Shown here piece by piece: positions 34,937-43,708 of a stretch of 64,000 nucleotides of DNA. Where the stretch lies: contig DASXPB010000028.1 of NCBI GenBank assembly GCA_036493875.1, forward strand, positions 64,409 to 128,408, in the 5' to 3' direction. The DNA is from Thermoanaerobaculia bacterium. GTDB taxonomy: Bacteria > Acidobacteriota > Thermoanaerobaculia > UBA5066 > Gp7-AA6. Below the pieces are notes generated by a model that searched no databases, was not told the origin of the DNA, and saw only the letters and a list, made by a program, of their open reading frames with translations. Numbering within the stretch: the stretch's first letter is position 1; each line of letters starts with the position of its first letter. The translations under genes were made by a program, and so were the position numbers.

Positions 34937-35326
34937 TCATCCGTGCTCTTCCTCGCTGACGTAACGGGCGTACGCGTCGGCCGTCATCAGGCGGGCGACG
35001 TCTTCGTCGGTCGACAGCTTGATCTTGATGAGCCAGCCGTCGCCCAACGGATCGTCGTTGATGATCCCGGGCTCGGTCACGGCCCCCTTGTTGACCTCGA
35101 CGACCTCGCCCGACACCGGGACGTAGAGCTCGGAGACCGCCTTGACCGACTCGACCGTGCCGAACTCCTCGTCCGCGTTGAACACGTGCCCCACTTCGGG
35201 AAGCTCGAGGTAGACGATCTCGCCGAGCTGCTTCTGGGCATGGTCGGTGATGCCGATCGTGCCGATGTCCCCCTCGACGTGGACCCACTCGTGGCTCTCG
35301 GTGTAGCGCAGCTCTTCGGGGTTCAA
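34937..35326 (-). CDS. gcvH: glycine cleavage system H protein
   Basis: RYTESHEWV...GITDHAQ..LGEIVYLELPEVG...ESVKAVSELY (lipoyl-Lys block). TTG start 35326 sits 8 nt after AGGAGG and overlaps the gcvT stop (TTGA). Confidence 0.9.
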   Translation of the reverse strand: MNPEELRYTESHEWVHVEGDIGTIGITDHAQKQLGEIVYLELPEVGHVFNADEEFGTVESVKAVSELYVPVSGEVVEVNKGAVTEPGIINDDPLGDGWLIKIKLSTDEDVARLMTADAYARYVSEEEHG

Positions 35327-36459
35327 GATGGGTCCCTCCTTGCGTCCGGTCGCTTGTAGAACGGGGTCTGAATCACTCGGGCACGGGCGTCCCGGCCACG
35401 GATCTCGACGTCGAACTCCGCGCCGATCGCGCCCGCCGCCGCCGGCAGGAGCGCGAGGCCGATCGGCCTGCCGAGCGTGGGCGAGTGGGTGCCCGAGGTC
35501 ACGACGCCGGGTCCTGCCGCCGTCTTCGCGGGATAACCGTGGCGCGCGATCCCGCGGTCGACCATCTCGAATCCCGCGAGCCTGCGTGCGACGCCCTGCT
35601 GCTTCTGCGCGGCGAGCGCCTCGCGCCCGATGAAGTCGCCCTTGCCCATCTTGACGATCCAGCCGAGGTCCGCCTCCCAGGGCGTGATCGTGTCGTCGAT
35701 GTCGTTGCCGTAGAGCGCCATCTTCGCCTCGAGCCGCAGCGTGTCGCGCGCGCCGAGGCCGCACGGCTGGACGCCGTCCGACTTCCCGTCCGCCAGGAGC
35801 CCGCGGAAGATGCGCTCCGCGTCCTCCGGCCGGCAGTACACCTCGAAGCCGTCCTCGCCCGTGTACCCGGTCCGCGACACGAGCGCCGTCGCGCCGCAGA
35901 CCGTCGTGGCTTCGCGGAACCCGTAGTACGGAAGGTCCGAGGGATCGGGCGACGACACGCGCCGCATCAGCCCCGCCGACGCCGGGCCCTGCACGGCGAT
36001 CAGCGCGTAGGAGTCGCTCCGATCCTCCACGCGGACGTCCGTCGCACCCGCGCGCTCCGCGGCCCACGCGAAGTCCTTCGGCGTGTTGGAGGCGTTGACG
36101 ACCACCAGGTACGAGTCCTGCGCGCGGCGGTAGACGAGGATGTCGTCGACGAAGGTGCCGCGTTCCGTCAGGAGCGCCGAGTAGTGGATGCGGCCGTCGG
36201 CCAGCCGCGCGACGTCGTTGCAGGTCAACCGCTGGAGCGCGGCGAGCGCGCCCGCTCCCCGGAACTCGAGCTCGCCCATGTGCGAGACGTCGAAGAGCCC
36301 CACGCGCTCGCGCACGGCGCGGTGCTCCTCCAGGATTCCGGCGTACTGCACGGGCATCTCCCATCCGCCGAAGTCGATGAGCTTCGCGCCGAGCTCGCGG
36401 TGCAGAGAGTAGAGCGGCGTGCGCTTGAGGGCGGCGGGCACGGCAGCGGGGGCGGCCAT
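35323..36459 (-). CDS. gcvT: aminomethyltransferase (glycine cleavage T protein)
   Basis: LKRTPLYSLHRELGAKLIDFGGWEMPVQY...GLFDVSHMGE...TGYTGEDGFE. ORF 35323..36660 trimmed to the ATG at 36459. Confidence 0.95.
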   Translation of the reverse strand: MAAPAAVPAALKRTPLYSLHRELGAKLIDFGGWEMPVQYAGILEEHRAVRERVGLFDVSHMGELEFRGAGALAALQRLTCNDVARLADGRIHYSALLTERGTFVDDILVYRRAQDSYLVVVNASNTPKDFAWAAERAGATDVRVEDRSDSYALIAVQGPASAGLMRRVSSPDPSDLPYYGFREATTVCGATALVSRTGYTGEDGFEVYCRPEDAERIFRGLLADGKSDGVQPCGLGARDTLRLEAKMALYGNDIDDTITPWEADLGWIVKMGKGDFIGREALAAQKQQGVARRLAGFEMVDRGIARHGYPAKTAAGPGVVTSGTHSPTLGRPIGLALLPAAAGAIGAEFDVEIRGRDARARVIQTPFYKRPDARRDPS

Positions 36460-36533
36460 CGGGAACCGGAAGTTAGCACAACGGCGCGAAAACCGGCCGG
36501 GTCGGCAGGCGGCTGGCCCGCGCGGAACTCCCG

Positions 36534-36539
36534 TAGAAT
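36534..36539 (+). promoter_or_regulatory. TAGAAT -10-like hexamer 8 nt upstream of GTG 36548
   Basis: cccgTAGAATgccgcaacGTG, read directly. Confidence 0.3.
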
Positions 36540-36547
36540 GCCGCAAC

Positions 36548-38143
36548 GTGTTGGATTCCCCGGAGGAAAACGGCGCCGCCCCCACGGATTCGCCGTCGCA
36601 GCGGGCACGCGCGGCCGCACGACGCTGTGAGGCCGCGGGCCTGAACGCGGAGGCGGACATCCTCTATCGCCTGGCCGAAACGACCGAGAACCAGGATCGC
36701 ACCTCGACCGCCGCGTCCTTCGCCCGCGTCCTCATGGCGTGCGGCCGGATCGATCAGGCGCGCCCCTTCGCCCTCGAGGGGAACGACCCGGTCCTCGTGG
36801 CCCGCCTGCTGCTCGAGGTCCACAACTTCGCGGACGCCCGGCGCCTGCTCGACGAGGCCCGACACCGCGATCCCTTCGATCCGCGCGTGGCCTCGGCGCG
36901 CGGCCGGCTGGCGTTTCTCGAGCGCCGGTTCGGAGAGGCCGTGTGGGACCTCCTCGAGGCGGCCCTCCTTCGTCCGGACGGACTACCGGACGCCACCGAT
37001 CGGCGCTTCCTGCGCGCCGCCCGCGCGCTCGCGCCCGGCGAGATCCCGGCCTGGAAGGATGCGGTGAGCGTGGCCCGCGACCGGCTGGAGCAGGAGGCCC
37101 GACGGCGCTGCCCCGGGGTCGACTGGCCGGACCGCTCCGCCGAGCTGCTGCGCTCGCTCATCCGCCGCGGCTCCGCGGCCTCGGAGGGCGTCCTCGAGCG
37201 CGCGCGCCGGCTCGCGGAGCTGCCCGCGCTGCACGGCATGGACGAGCTCGCGCTCTTCTCGGCCGCCGCCGCCGGCGAGCTGCGCCGACTCGCCAACGGA
37301 AGCTCCCTGTACAAGACCGGCGATCGCGCCGGAGAGCTCTCGATCGTGATCCAGGGCGCCGTCGCTCTCTCGAGGGCCACCCCGGTCGGCGAGCAGCCGC
37401 TCGGCGAGGCGCAGCCGGGCGACGTCCTCGGCGAGGAGGCGCTCCTCTCCGCGCCGCGCGTCTCGGACGCGCGCGCCCGCGGCGCCGTGACGCTCCTGGG
37501 ATTCCCGCCGGACTTCTTCTCGCCGGAGCCGGATCATGCCGTCTGGCTGCGCTATCTGCGGTCGCGGCTCGCGCGACGCCTGTCCGGGCTCAACGACCTC
37601 TTCCGCCAGTTCTGGCCGGAAGGGGAGGCGACCCGCCGACCCACCGTAGATCCGCACACGACGGCGCGCGCGAGCGACTCGATGTCGCTCGAGGAGAAGT
37701 CCCGCTCGCTCACCACCGTGGGCCTCTCGGAATCGGACCGCTTCCTCTTCGCGGCGTTCGCGGAGGAGAAGCTCTACCCCGCCGGCGCCGTCATCTTCCG
37801 GGAGGGCGACGCGGGCGACGCGATCTCGGTGATCGCGCGGGGACGCGTCCGCATCTCGCGGCAGATCTCGGGCGGCGAGGAGGCGTTCGCGATCCTCTCG
37901 CCCGGCGAGATCTTCGGAGAGATGGCGCTGCTCGACCCGGGCACGGGCCGTTCGGCCGATGCGGTCGCGCACGAGGACGCGACGGTGCTCGAGCTCTCCC
38001 GCCCGCGCTTCGAGGCCCTCGAGAGCTCGGACCCCGAGGGCTGCGGGGAGCTGTCCCTGCTCCTCTGCCGGCTGGCCGCGCGCCGCGCGGTCGAGACGGC
38101 CGAGCGGCTCGCGAGCTGGCGCGTCCTCGCCGGCCCGGGATAG
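36548..38143 (+). CDS. TPR-like N-terminus plus two cyclic-nucleotide-binding (cNMP) domains
   Basis: Two CAP-type cNMP blocks (GDVLGEEALL...ARARGAVTLL and GEIFGEMALLD...RSADAVAHEDATVLEL). The ORF-track start 36419 would overlap gcvT, so GTG 36548 is preferred but uncertain. Confidence 0.7.
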   Translation: MLDSPEENGAAPTDSPSQRARAAARRCEAAGLNAEADILYRLAETTENQDRTSTAASFARVLMACGRIDQARPFALEGNDPVLVARLLLEVHNFADARRLLDEARHRDPFDPRVASARGRLAFLERRFGEAVWDLLEAALLRPDGLPDATDRRFLRAARALAPGEIPAWKDAVSVARDRLEQEARRRCPGVDWPDRSAELLRSLIRRGSAASEGVLERARRLAELPALHGMDELALFSAAAAGELRRLANGSSLYKTGDRAGELSIVIQGAVALSRATPVGEQPLGEAQPGDVLGEEALLSAPRVSDARARGAVTLLGFPPDFFSPEPDHAVWLRYLRSRLARRLSGLNDLFRQFWPEGEATRRPTVDPHTTARASDSMSLEEKSRSLTTVGLSESDRFLFAAFAEEKLYPAGAVIFREGDAGDAISVIARGRVRISRQISGGEEAFAILSPGEIFGEMALLDPGTGRSADAVAHEDATVLELSRPRFEALESSDPEGCGELSLLLCRLAARRAVETAERLASWRVLAGPG

Positions 38144-38162
38144 AGACAAGGAAGGGATCGCC

Positions 38163-39830
38163 GTGGCCCCGCGACGGAGCGCCGGGACGCGCGCGCGGCT
38201 CGCCCTGCTCCTGGTTCTCCTCGTCCCGCTCGCGGTCTATGCCGACTGGGCGGCGCGCCTGATCCAGGCCGGCGTCGGATACGAGATGGACGAGGCCCTC
38301 TACGTCGAGTCGGCCGTCCACCTCCTGCGAGGCGGCGATTCGCCGCCGCCCTTCGTCCACGAGCCCGCGTCCTGGACCCGCGTCGCCGGCCGCCCGTGGC
38401 CCCTCATGATCATTCCGTACGTCGGAGCGACCAAGGCCTACGTCGCCCTGCCGCTCTTCGCGGTCTTCGGGATCGGCGCCGAGGTCGCGCGGTTCACGGG
38501 AGTTGCCCTCGCGGGCCTCGGGATCGCCGGCCTCTCGGTGCTGGTCGCGGAGACGGCCGGCCTCCTCCCGGCGTTCCTGACGGGGATCCTCCTCGCGATC
38601 CATCCGTCGTACCTCGACCTGACGGTCTTCGACAACGGGGGCACCGCGGTCTGGATGGGGGCAGTGGGCCTGCTCGCGCTGGCGCTGACCCGCCACCTCC
38701 GGCGCGGATCGCCCGCGTCGGCGTTCCTGCTCGGCCTCGCCGCGGGCCTCTCCGTCTGGGCGCGCCTGAACGTCCTGTGGCTCCTGGCCGCGGCGATCGT
38801 GGCCGGCGCGATCGTCTTCGGGCGGCGCGTGCTCCCGCGGTCCGGCACGCCGCGTGTGCTCGCGTGCCTCGCCGCCGGCGGCCTCCTGGGATCGAGCCCG
38901 CTCCTCTGGTACGAGCTCGCCTCCCGGCTCGGGACGCTGCGCTACATGCGGAGCGCGCGGCTGCCGCTGACGCCGGCGCTCGCGTGGACGCGCCTGCGCG
39001 GCGCCGCGGAGGTGATGGTGGCCGACCGCGAGCAGCGGACCGTCTGGGGCGGACCGCCCGTCGAGACACCGCAGATCCTGCTCGGCGCCGCGCTCCTCCT
39101 CCTGGTCGTGGTCGCGGCGTTCGTGCCCGCGGGATCCTCCGCGGAGGGCCGCTCGGACCGCGCGTCCTGGCGCCGCTGGTTCGCCTGGACCGCCCTGCTC
39201 CTCCTCCCGATCCTGGCGGCGTCGCGGCTCAACGTCACCCAGCATCACATCGCGGCGGTCCTTCCGCTCGCGCTCGCGGCGCTCGCGATCCTCTGCGCCG
39301 AGCTCGCCGGCCGCGTCCGCGCGCTCGTTCCGGTTCTCGCGATCGGCGCGGCCGCGCTCGCGGCCGTGTTCCTCGCGTGGGACGTACGCATCGCGCGGGG
39401 ACTCCGCGAGAGCGGCGGAGTGCGCGCGTTCTCGAGCGCCCTGGACGATGCGGCGAGAGTCCTCGCCGCGCGCCGCATCCCGCCGGCTCGCCTCAAGATC
39501 GTGAACTGGGGTCTTCAGAACAATCTCTATGTGGTCTCCGGCGGGGCCGCGTGGGGGACGGAGCTCTTCTGGGGCGCCACACGCAGCCTCACGGCGCAGG
39601 GACGGAGCTGGGACGACGAGGTCCGGGACGGGGGCGCCTTCCTGCTCTTCGCGTTCCCGATGGGGCCGCCGTCGATCGGCGACGGGGCCGTCGGGTTCGA
39701 GGAGGCACTGGCGCGTTACGCCGGACAGAAGACCGAGACGATGTTCCGCGAGCGGTCGGGGGCGCCGTGCGTGCGGCTGATCGAGATTCCCAAGCCGGAC
39801 ACGCCTACTCGGCCTTCAGCTTCTCCTTGA
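38163..39830 (+). CDS. polytopic membrane protein, GT-C fold glycosyltransferase-like (ArnT/PMT_2-like)
   Basis: About 12 hydrophobic helices. First-loop acidic motif YEMDEALY. GTG 38163 is preceded by AAGGAAGGG. ORF 37959..39830 trimmed. Confidence 0.65.
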   Translation: MAPRRSAGTRARLALLLVLLVPLAVYADWAARLIQAGVGYEMDEALYVESAVHLLRGGDSPPPFVHEPASWTRVAGRPWPLMIIPYVGATKAYVALPLFAVFGIGAEVARFTGVALAGLGIAGLSVLVAETAGLLPAFLTGILLAIHPSYLDLTVFDNGGTAVWMGAVGLLALALTRHLRRGSPASAFLLGLAAGLSVWARLNVLWLLAAAIVAGAIVFGRRVLPRSGTPRVLACLAAGGLLGSSPLLWYELASRLGTLRYMRSARLPLTPALAWTRLRGAAEVMVADREQRTVWGGPPVETPQILLGAALLLLVVVAAFVPAGSSAEGRSDRASWRRWFAWTALLLLPILAASRLNVTQHHIAAVLPLALAALAILCAELAGRVRALVPVLAIGAAALAAVFLAWDVRIARGLRESGGVRAFSSALDDAARVLAARRIPPARLKIVNWGLQNNLYVVSGGAAWGTELFWGATRSLTAQGRSWDDEVRDGGAFLLFAFPMGPPSIGDGAVGFEEALARYAGQKTETMFRERSGAPCVRLIEIPKPDTPTRPSASP

Positions 39831-41904
39831 CGACGGCGCGGTCGCGGCCCGCGTTGCTCGAGACCAGGATCCGCACCGGCCTCGGCTTCCGGCCGGGGGC
39901 CGAGAGCAGGAGGTCGTGGACCTGCGGGCCGCGCAGCTGCAGGGGCGAGGCGGCGGTGAACGACGCGGCGGCGCCCAGGGGCTTGCCTCCCTCGGAGACG
40001 ACCGCGTCAGGCGGATCGATGACGAACTCCACCGCCCCGGTCGTGCGATCGGAGACGGCCGGAAGCTTCTCGTAGGAGACGCGCTGGATGCGCTCCAGCT
40101 CCTCGTCAATCGAGATGCTGTCCTTCTCGGCGTCGGGCGAGACGTCGATGCGCAGCTGCATCGTCCGGTATCCCGGCAGCTCCATGCGCACGTCGTGCGG
40201 TCCCGACCGGTCGAACTCGAAGGCGCGGCCGCCTCCCCGGTTGTCCCAGTCGTCGGCGATGCCCACCGCGCGGCCGTCGATGATGAGGCGGGCCTGGTCC
40301 GGGCTCGAGGTGAAGCGCACGCTTCGGCGCGTGGCGTAGTTGTGGTCGACGCGCGATGAGCCCGCGCCTGCGCCTCCGTCAGCCGGTGGCGCCTCTCGCA
40401 GAGCCGGAGCCGGCTCGGCGCGCGCCACCTCGACCGGCGTGGGGACCCGCGCCGGACGCGCCGTCGGACGCGGGCGCCCCGAGCCCGCGATGCGGGCAGC
40501 TTCGGTCGTGCCGTCGGCGGCGCGCGGAACCCCGACCGTCGCGCCGGCGGCCTCCCGCGGTCCCGGTGTCGGAAGCTCGGTGATGGGCTCGGCGGCCGTC
40601 GTCGTCGTCGAGGACATCGAGGTCGTCGAGGATTCCGGCTCCGTCGCGGGGGCGGAATCCGAGGCGACCGCCCCGGGCGCCGAGGTCGCTCGAATCGCCG
40701 GCGCCGGCGTCGCCGGCCCGGCGGAGGCCGGAAGCGCCCGCTCTCCGCGGCCGAGGAAGAGCAGAACGCCCGCGAGGATCAGTACCGCGACGGCCAGCAA
40801 AAGAATCGGCAGACCGGGCGTGCGCCGGGGCGGCGGACCCTGAAGCACGGTGGACGGGGAGGGAGGAGTCGGCGGCGGCGGCGCAGCCCAGAATTCCGTT
40901 GCACCCTCGGAGGCGGCCGAGGGCGGAGCCGCCGGCGTCCGCGGAGCGGCCGGGGAGGGTGCCGAGAGGACCGTGGGCGGAGCAGGAGGGTTCGCACCCT
41001 GCGCGACACGGTTGGCCGCCGCGGCCGGCGCCACCGCGCGGCGGGTCATCTCCGATTCGCGCTGGAACGACTCGATGCGTGAGAGCTCCTGGAGGAACGC
41101 GCGCGCATCCTCCGGGCGTTTCTCGGGCTGCTTGGCGAGCAGCCGCGCCATGACCTGCCGGGTCGCCGCGGGCAGGTCCGCCTTGAGCTCGAGGGGATCG
41201 CGCGGCTCGGTGTGCAGGATCTGGTAGACGAGGGTGGTGATCGACTCGCCGGGGAACGGCCGCACCGCGGTCAGCAGCTCGTAGAGCACGACGCCCAGCG
41301 AGAAGAGATCGGACCGGCCGTCCAGCTTCTCGCCGCGGACCTGCTCCGGCGACATGTAGGCCGGGCTTCCGATCATCTGCCCGGTCCGCGTCAGGTCGGA
41401 GGTGGTCGCGGTGGTGAAGCGGCCGATCCCGAAGTCCGTCACCTTGACGCGGCCGTCGCGCGCGATGAGGATGTTTCCAGGCTTGATGTCGCGATGGAGC
41501 ACGCCGCGCTCGTGCGCATGCGAGAGCGCCTCCGCGGTCTGCCGGACGATCGCGATCTTCGCGGCGAGGGGCAGGTCGTCCGGAGCCACGAGGTAGCGAG
41601 TGAGCGACTTCCCGTCGACGTATTCCATCGCGATGAAGTACTCGTCGCCGTCGCGGCCGACGTCGTAGATCGTGACGATGTTCGGATGCTGGAGACGGCC
41701 GGCGAGTCGGGCCTCCTTGCGAAGCCGCTCCTCGATCTCGAGCGCGCTCTCGTCCCGGCCCATCCCGGGCCGGACCGTCTTGATCGCCACCGGGCGGCCG
41801 ATCTGGGGGTCGTTCGCGAGGTAGACGACGCCCATGGCGCCCTGCCCCAGAACGGAGGAGATCTCGAACCGGCCGAGCCGCGAGCCCGGCGCAAGGAAGT
41901 TCAT
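39805..41904 (-). CDS. Ser/Thr protein kinase with Pro/Ala-rich linker, TM helix and C-terminal PEGA domains
   Basis: GQGAMGVVYLA...AIK, HRDIKPGNIL, DFG, GSPAYMSPE. TM helix LPILLLAVAVLILAGVLLFL. PEGA-like blocks (FTSSPDQARLIIDGRAVG; FVIDPPDAVVSEGGKPLG). Confidence 0.85.
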   Translation of the reverse strand: MNFLAPGSRLGRFEISSVLGQGAMGVVYLANDPQIGRPVAIKTVRPGMGRDESALEIEERLRKEARLAGRLQHPNIVTIYDVGRDGDEYFIAMEYVDGKSLTRYLVAPDDLPLAAKIAIVRQTAEALSHAHERGVLHRDIKPGNILIARDGRVKVTDFGIGRFTTATTSDLTRTGQMIGSPAYMSPEQVRGEKLDGRSDLFSLGVVLYELLTAVRPFPGESITTLVYQILHTEPRDPLELKADLPAATRQVMARLLAKQPEKRPEDARAFLQELSRIESFQRESEMTRRAVAPAAAANRVAQGANPPAPPTVLSAPSPAAPRTPAAPPSAASEGATEFWAAPPPPTPPSPSTVLQGPPPRRTPGLPILLLAVAVLILAGVLLFLGRGERALPASAGPATPAPAIRATSAPGAVASDSAPATEPESSTTSMSSTTTTAAEPITELPTPGPREAAGATVGVPRAADGTTEAARIAGSGRPRPTARPARVPTPVEVARAEPAPALREAPPADGGAGAGSSRVDHNYATRRSVRFTSSPDQARLIIDGRAVGIADDWDNRGGGRAFEFDRSGPHDVRMELPGYRTMQLRIDVSPDAEKDSISIDEELERIQRVSYEKLPAVSDRTTGAVEFVIDPPDAVVSEGGKPLGAAASFTAASPLQLRGPQVHDLLLSAPGRKPRPVRILVSSNAGRDRAVVKEKLKAE

Positions 41905-42167
41905 GCCTCGTCGTCTTCGGCGAGGTTCCTCTCCGCGTCTCTCGCGCGCTCCGTGATCAGCGCACGGGCCTCTTCGGCGCGGTCCGGCGGCACCATGACC
42001 CGTGCCGTCCCGAGCGCGCCGAGGTTCTCGGGCCAGGGGGATGCGTCGGCGCCCTCGATCTCACAGGGGATCTCCTCGGACTCGAGCAGGCCGGCGATGA
42101 TCTGCGCCTCCTCGTCGTCCCCGACCGACGCCACCTCGACCCAGTCGTCCGCATCACGCTCCGCCAT
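41901..42167 (-). CDS. DUF2007 (putative signal-transducing) small protein
   Basis: WVEVASVGDDEEAQIIAGLLESEEIPCEIEG...ARVMVPPDRAEEARALI. Its stop overlaps the kinase ATG (ATGA 41901-41904). Confidence 0.7.
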   Translation of the reverse strand: MAERDADDWVEVASVGDDEEAQIIAGLLESEEIPCEIEGADASPWPENLGALGTARVMVPPDRAEEARALITERARDAERNLAEDDEA

Positions 42168-42193
42168 GAACCGTCCCGTCCTTTCCGGTTTCC

Positions 42194-43282
42194 TCAGCCT
42201 CTCACGACCTCGAGTCGCTTCGCCGCGCGCGGCCGCACCGCGCCGATCACCGCCGCGTGGACCGCACCCAGGGCGCGGCACCTCGCCGCGAACGCCTCCG
42301 CCTGTTCCGCGGGCAGGGCGACCAGCAGACCGCCCGAGGTCTGTGCGTCGGAGAGGATCAGCAGGTCCTCCTCCCCCACGCCCGGCCCCGCCGCGGTGCG
42401 CTCGGCCAACTGTCGCATGTTCGCGCGCGAGCCGCCCGGCGCGACGCCCTCCGCGACGAGGCGCCGCACCTGCGACAGCAGGGGGATCCGGTCGACCGCC
42501 AGCTCCGCCGTCGTGTCGGACGCCTCCATCATCTCGTGCGCGTGGCCGAGCAGGCCGAAACCGGTCACGTCCGTCGCGGCATGGATGTCGAATCCCTCCA
42601 TCGCCTCGACCGGGGCGCGGTTGAGGGTGCACATCACCTTCACCGCCTCCTCGAGCGCGTCGTCCGACAATTTCCGCGAAGCGCCGGCTTCGCTCGCCGA
42701 GTCGATCCGGCCGGCGCGGATGGTGATCCCGATCCCGAGGGGCTTCGTCAGCACGAGGGCGTCGCCCGGCCGGGCGCCGGCGTTGCGCGTCACCTTCGCC
42801 TCGTCGACGACGCCGGTCACCGAGAGCCCGTAGAGAGGGATGTCGTGGTCGATCGAGTGCCCGCCGGCGATCACGGCGCCCGACTCGGCGACCGCCTCGG
42901 AGCCGCCGCGGAGGATCTCCTCGAGGACCTCGCTCGGCAGCACCTTCATGGGAAAGGCGACGACCGCGAGGGCCAGCACCGGCCGGCCGCGCATGGCGTA
43001 GACGTCCGAGAGCGCGTTCGTGGCCGCGATGCGCCCGAACAGTCGCGGGTCGTCCACGACCGGCGTGAAGAAGTCGATCGTCTGGACGATCGTCGCGCCC
43101 GGAGCGACGCGATAGACGGCGGCGTCGTCGGACTCGGCGCTGCCGACCAGCAGGTTCGGATCGGTGGCGCCAGGGACCCTCCGCAGAAGCGCGGACAGGT
43201 CGAACTGGGGGATCTTGCAGGCGCACCCCGCGCTCGAGGCGAAGGTCGAGAGCGGTCGGTGGGCGGAGCGCGATTCCGGCAT
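42194..43282 (-). CDS. selD: selenide, water dikinase (selenophosphate synthetase), Cys-type
   Basis: N-terminal SSAGCACKIP (Cys where some SelD have Sec), then DDAAVYRV...DFFTPVVDDP...ALSDVYAMG...GGHSIDH. AIR-synthase-like C-terminus. 362 aa. Confidence 0.9.
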   Translation of the reverse strand: MPESRSAHRPLSTFASSAGCACKIPQFDLSALLRRVPGATDPNLLVGSAESDDAAVYRVAPGATIVQTIDFFTPVVDDPRLFGRIAATNALSDVYAMRGRPVLALAVVAFPMKVLPSEVLEEILRGGSEAVAESGAVIAGGHSIDHDIPLYGLSVTGVVDEAKVTRNAGARPGDALVLTKPLGIGITIRAGRIDSASEAGASRKLSDDALEEAVKVMCTLNRAPVEAMEGFDIHAATDVTGFGLLGHAHEMMEASDTTAELAVDRIPLLSQVRRLVAEGVAPGGSRANMRQLAERTAAGPGVGEEDLLILSDAQTSGGLLVALPAEQAEAFAARCRALGAVHAAVIGAVRPRAAKRLEVVRG

Positions 43283-43289
43283 CCGGAGG

Positions 43290-43295
43290 ATTCTA
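43290..43295 (-). promoter_or_regulatory. TAGAAT -10-like hexamer exactly 7 nt upstream of the selD ATG
   Basis: Minus strand reads gagcTAGAATcctccggATG. Confidence 0.35.
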
Positions 43296-43371
43296 GCTCT
43301 CGGCCGTCAGCCAGCCGTCGGCTGTCCGCCGAAGGGGATCGAGACTCCTCAGCTGAGAGCCGAAGGCTTCT

Positions 43372-43662
43372 CTAGTCGTCGTCGCCGCGGATCAGGAATC
43401 CGAGGACGAAACCGACCGCGGCCGAAACCGCGATGGCGGTGCCGGGATTCTCGCGCACGTAGCCGCGCAGGTCGTCCCACAGGTAGCCGTAGTCGCTTTC
43501 GATCTTCTTGGCCGCCGACTTGACGGACTTGCGGACGTCCTCGCTGACGTCGTCGAACTGGTCGCGGGCCTTCGAGTACGAGTCGCCCAGGACCTCCTTG
43601 GTCCGGTCGATCTTCTCCTCGACGAAGTCGCGCGCACGATCGAACGGTGTGTCTTTCGCCAT
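43372..43662 (-). CDS. DUF883/ElaB-YqjD-like tail-anchored protein
   Basis: MAKDTPFDRARDFVEEKIDRTKE...ENPGTAIAVSAAVGFVLGFLIRG. ORF 43372..43929 trimmed to the ATG at 43662. Confidence 0.75.
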   Translation of the reverse strand: MAKDTPFDRARDFVEEKIDRTKEVLGDSYSKARDQFDDVSEDVRKSVKSAAKKIESDYGYLWDDLRGYVRENPGTAIAVSAAVGFVLGFLIRGDDD

Positions 43663-43708
43663 GATCGCCTCCCCCTTGCGAAACCGATCATATACCCTTG
43701 CCCGAGAC

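Noticed and set aside
36460-36547. Glycine riboswitch upstream of gcvT
   Set aside because: I read the minus-strand leader and did not see the conserved GGAGAG...CCGAAGGGGCAA...CUCAGGCA elements. The leader is only about 90 nt and overlaps the divergent gene's promoter. An Infernal scan with RF00504 would settle it.
42194-43282. Selenocysteine in SelD itself or in MsrA (48640..49110)
   Set aside because: Both ORFs are uninterrupted and have Cys at the relevant positions (SAGCACK in SelD; GCFWG in MsrA).
43283-43371. Rho-independent terminator between the ElaB-like gene and selD (hairpins GAGAAGCC...GGCUCUC and CAGCCG-u-CGGCUG)
   Set aside because: The stems are short or bulged and are not followed by a U-tract. 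I cannot distinguish them from chance pairing in GC-rich DNA.
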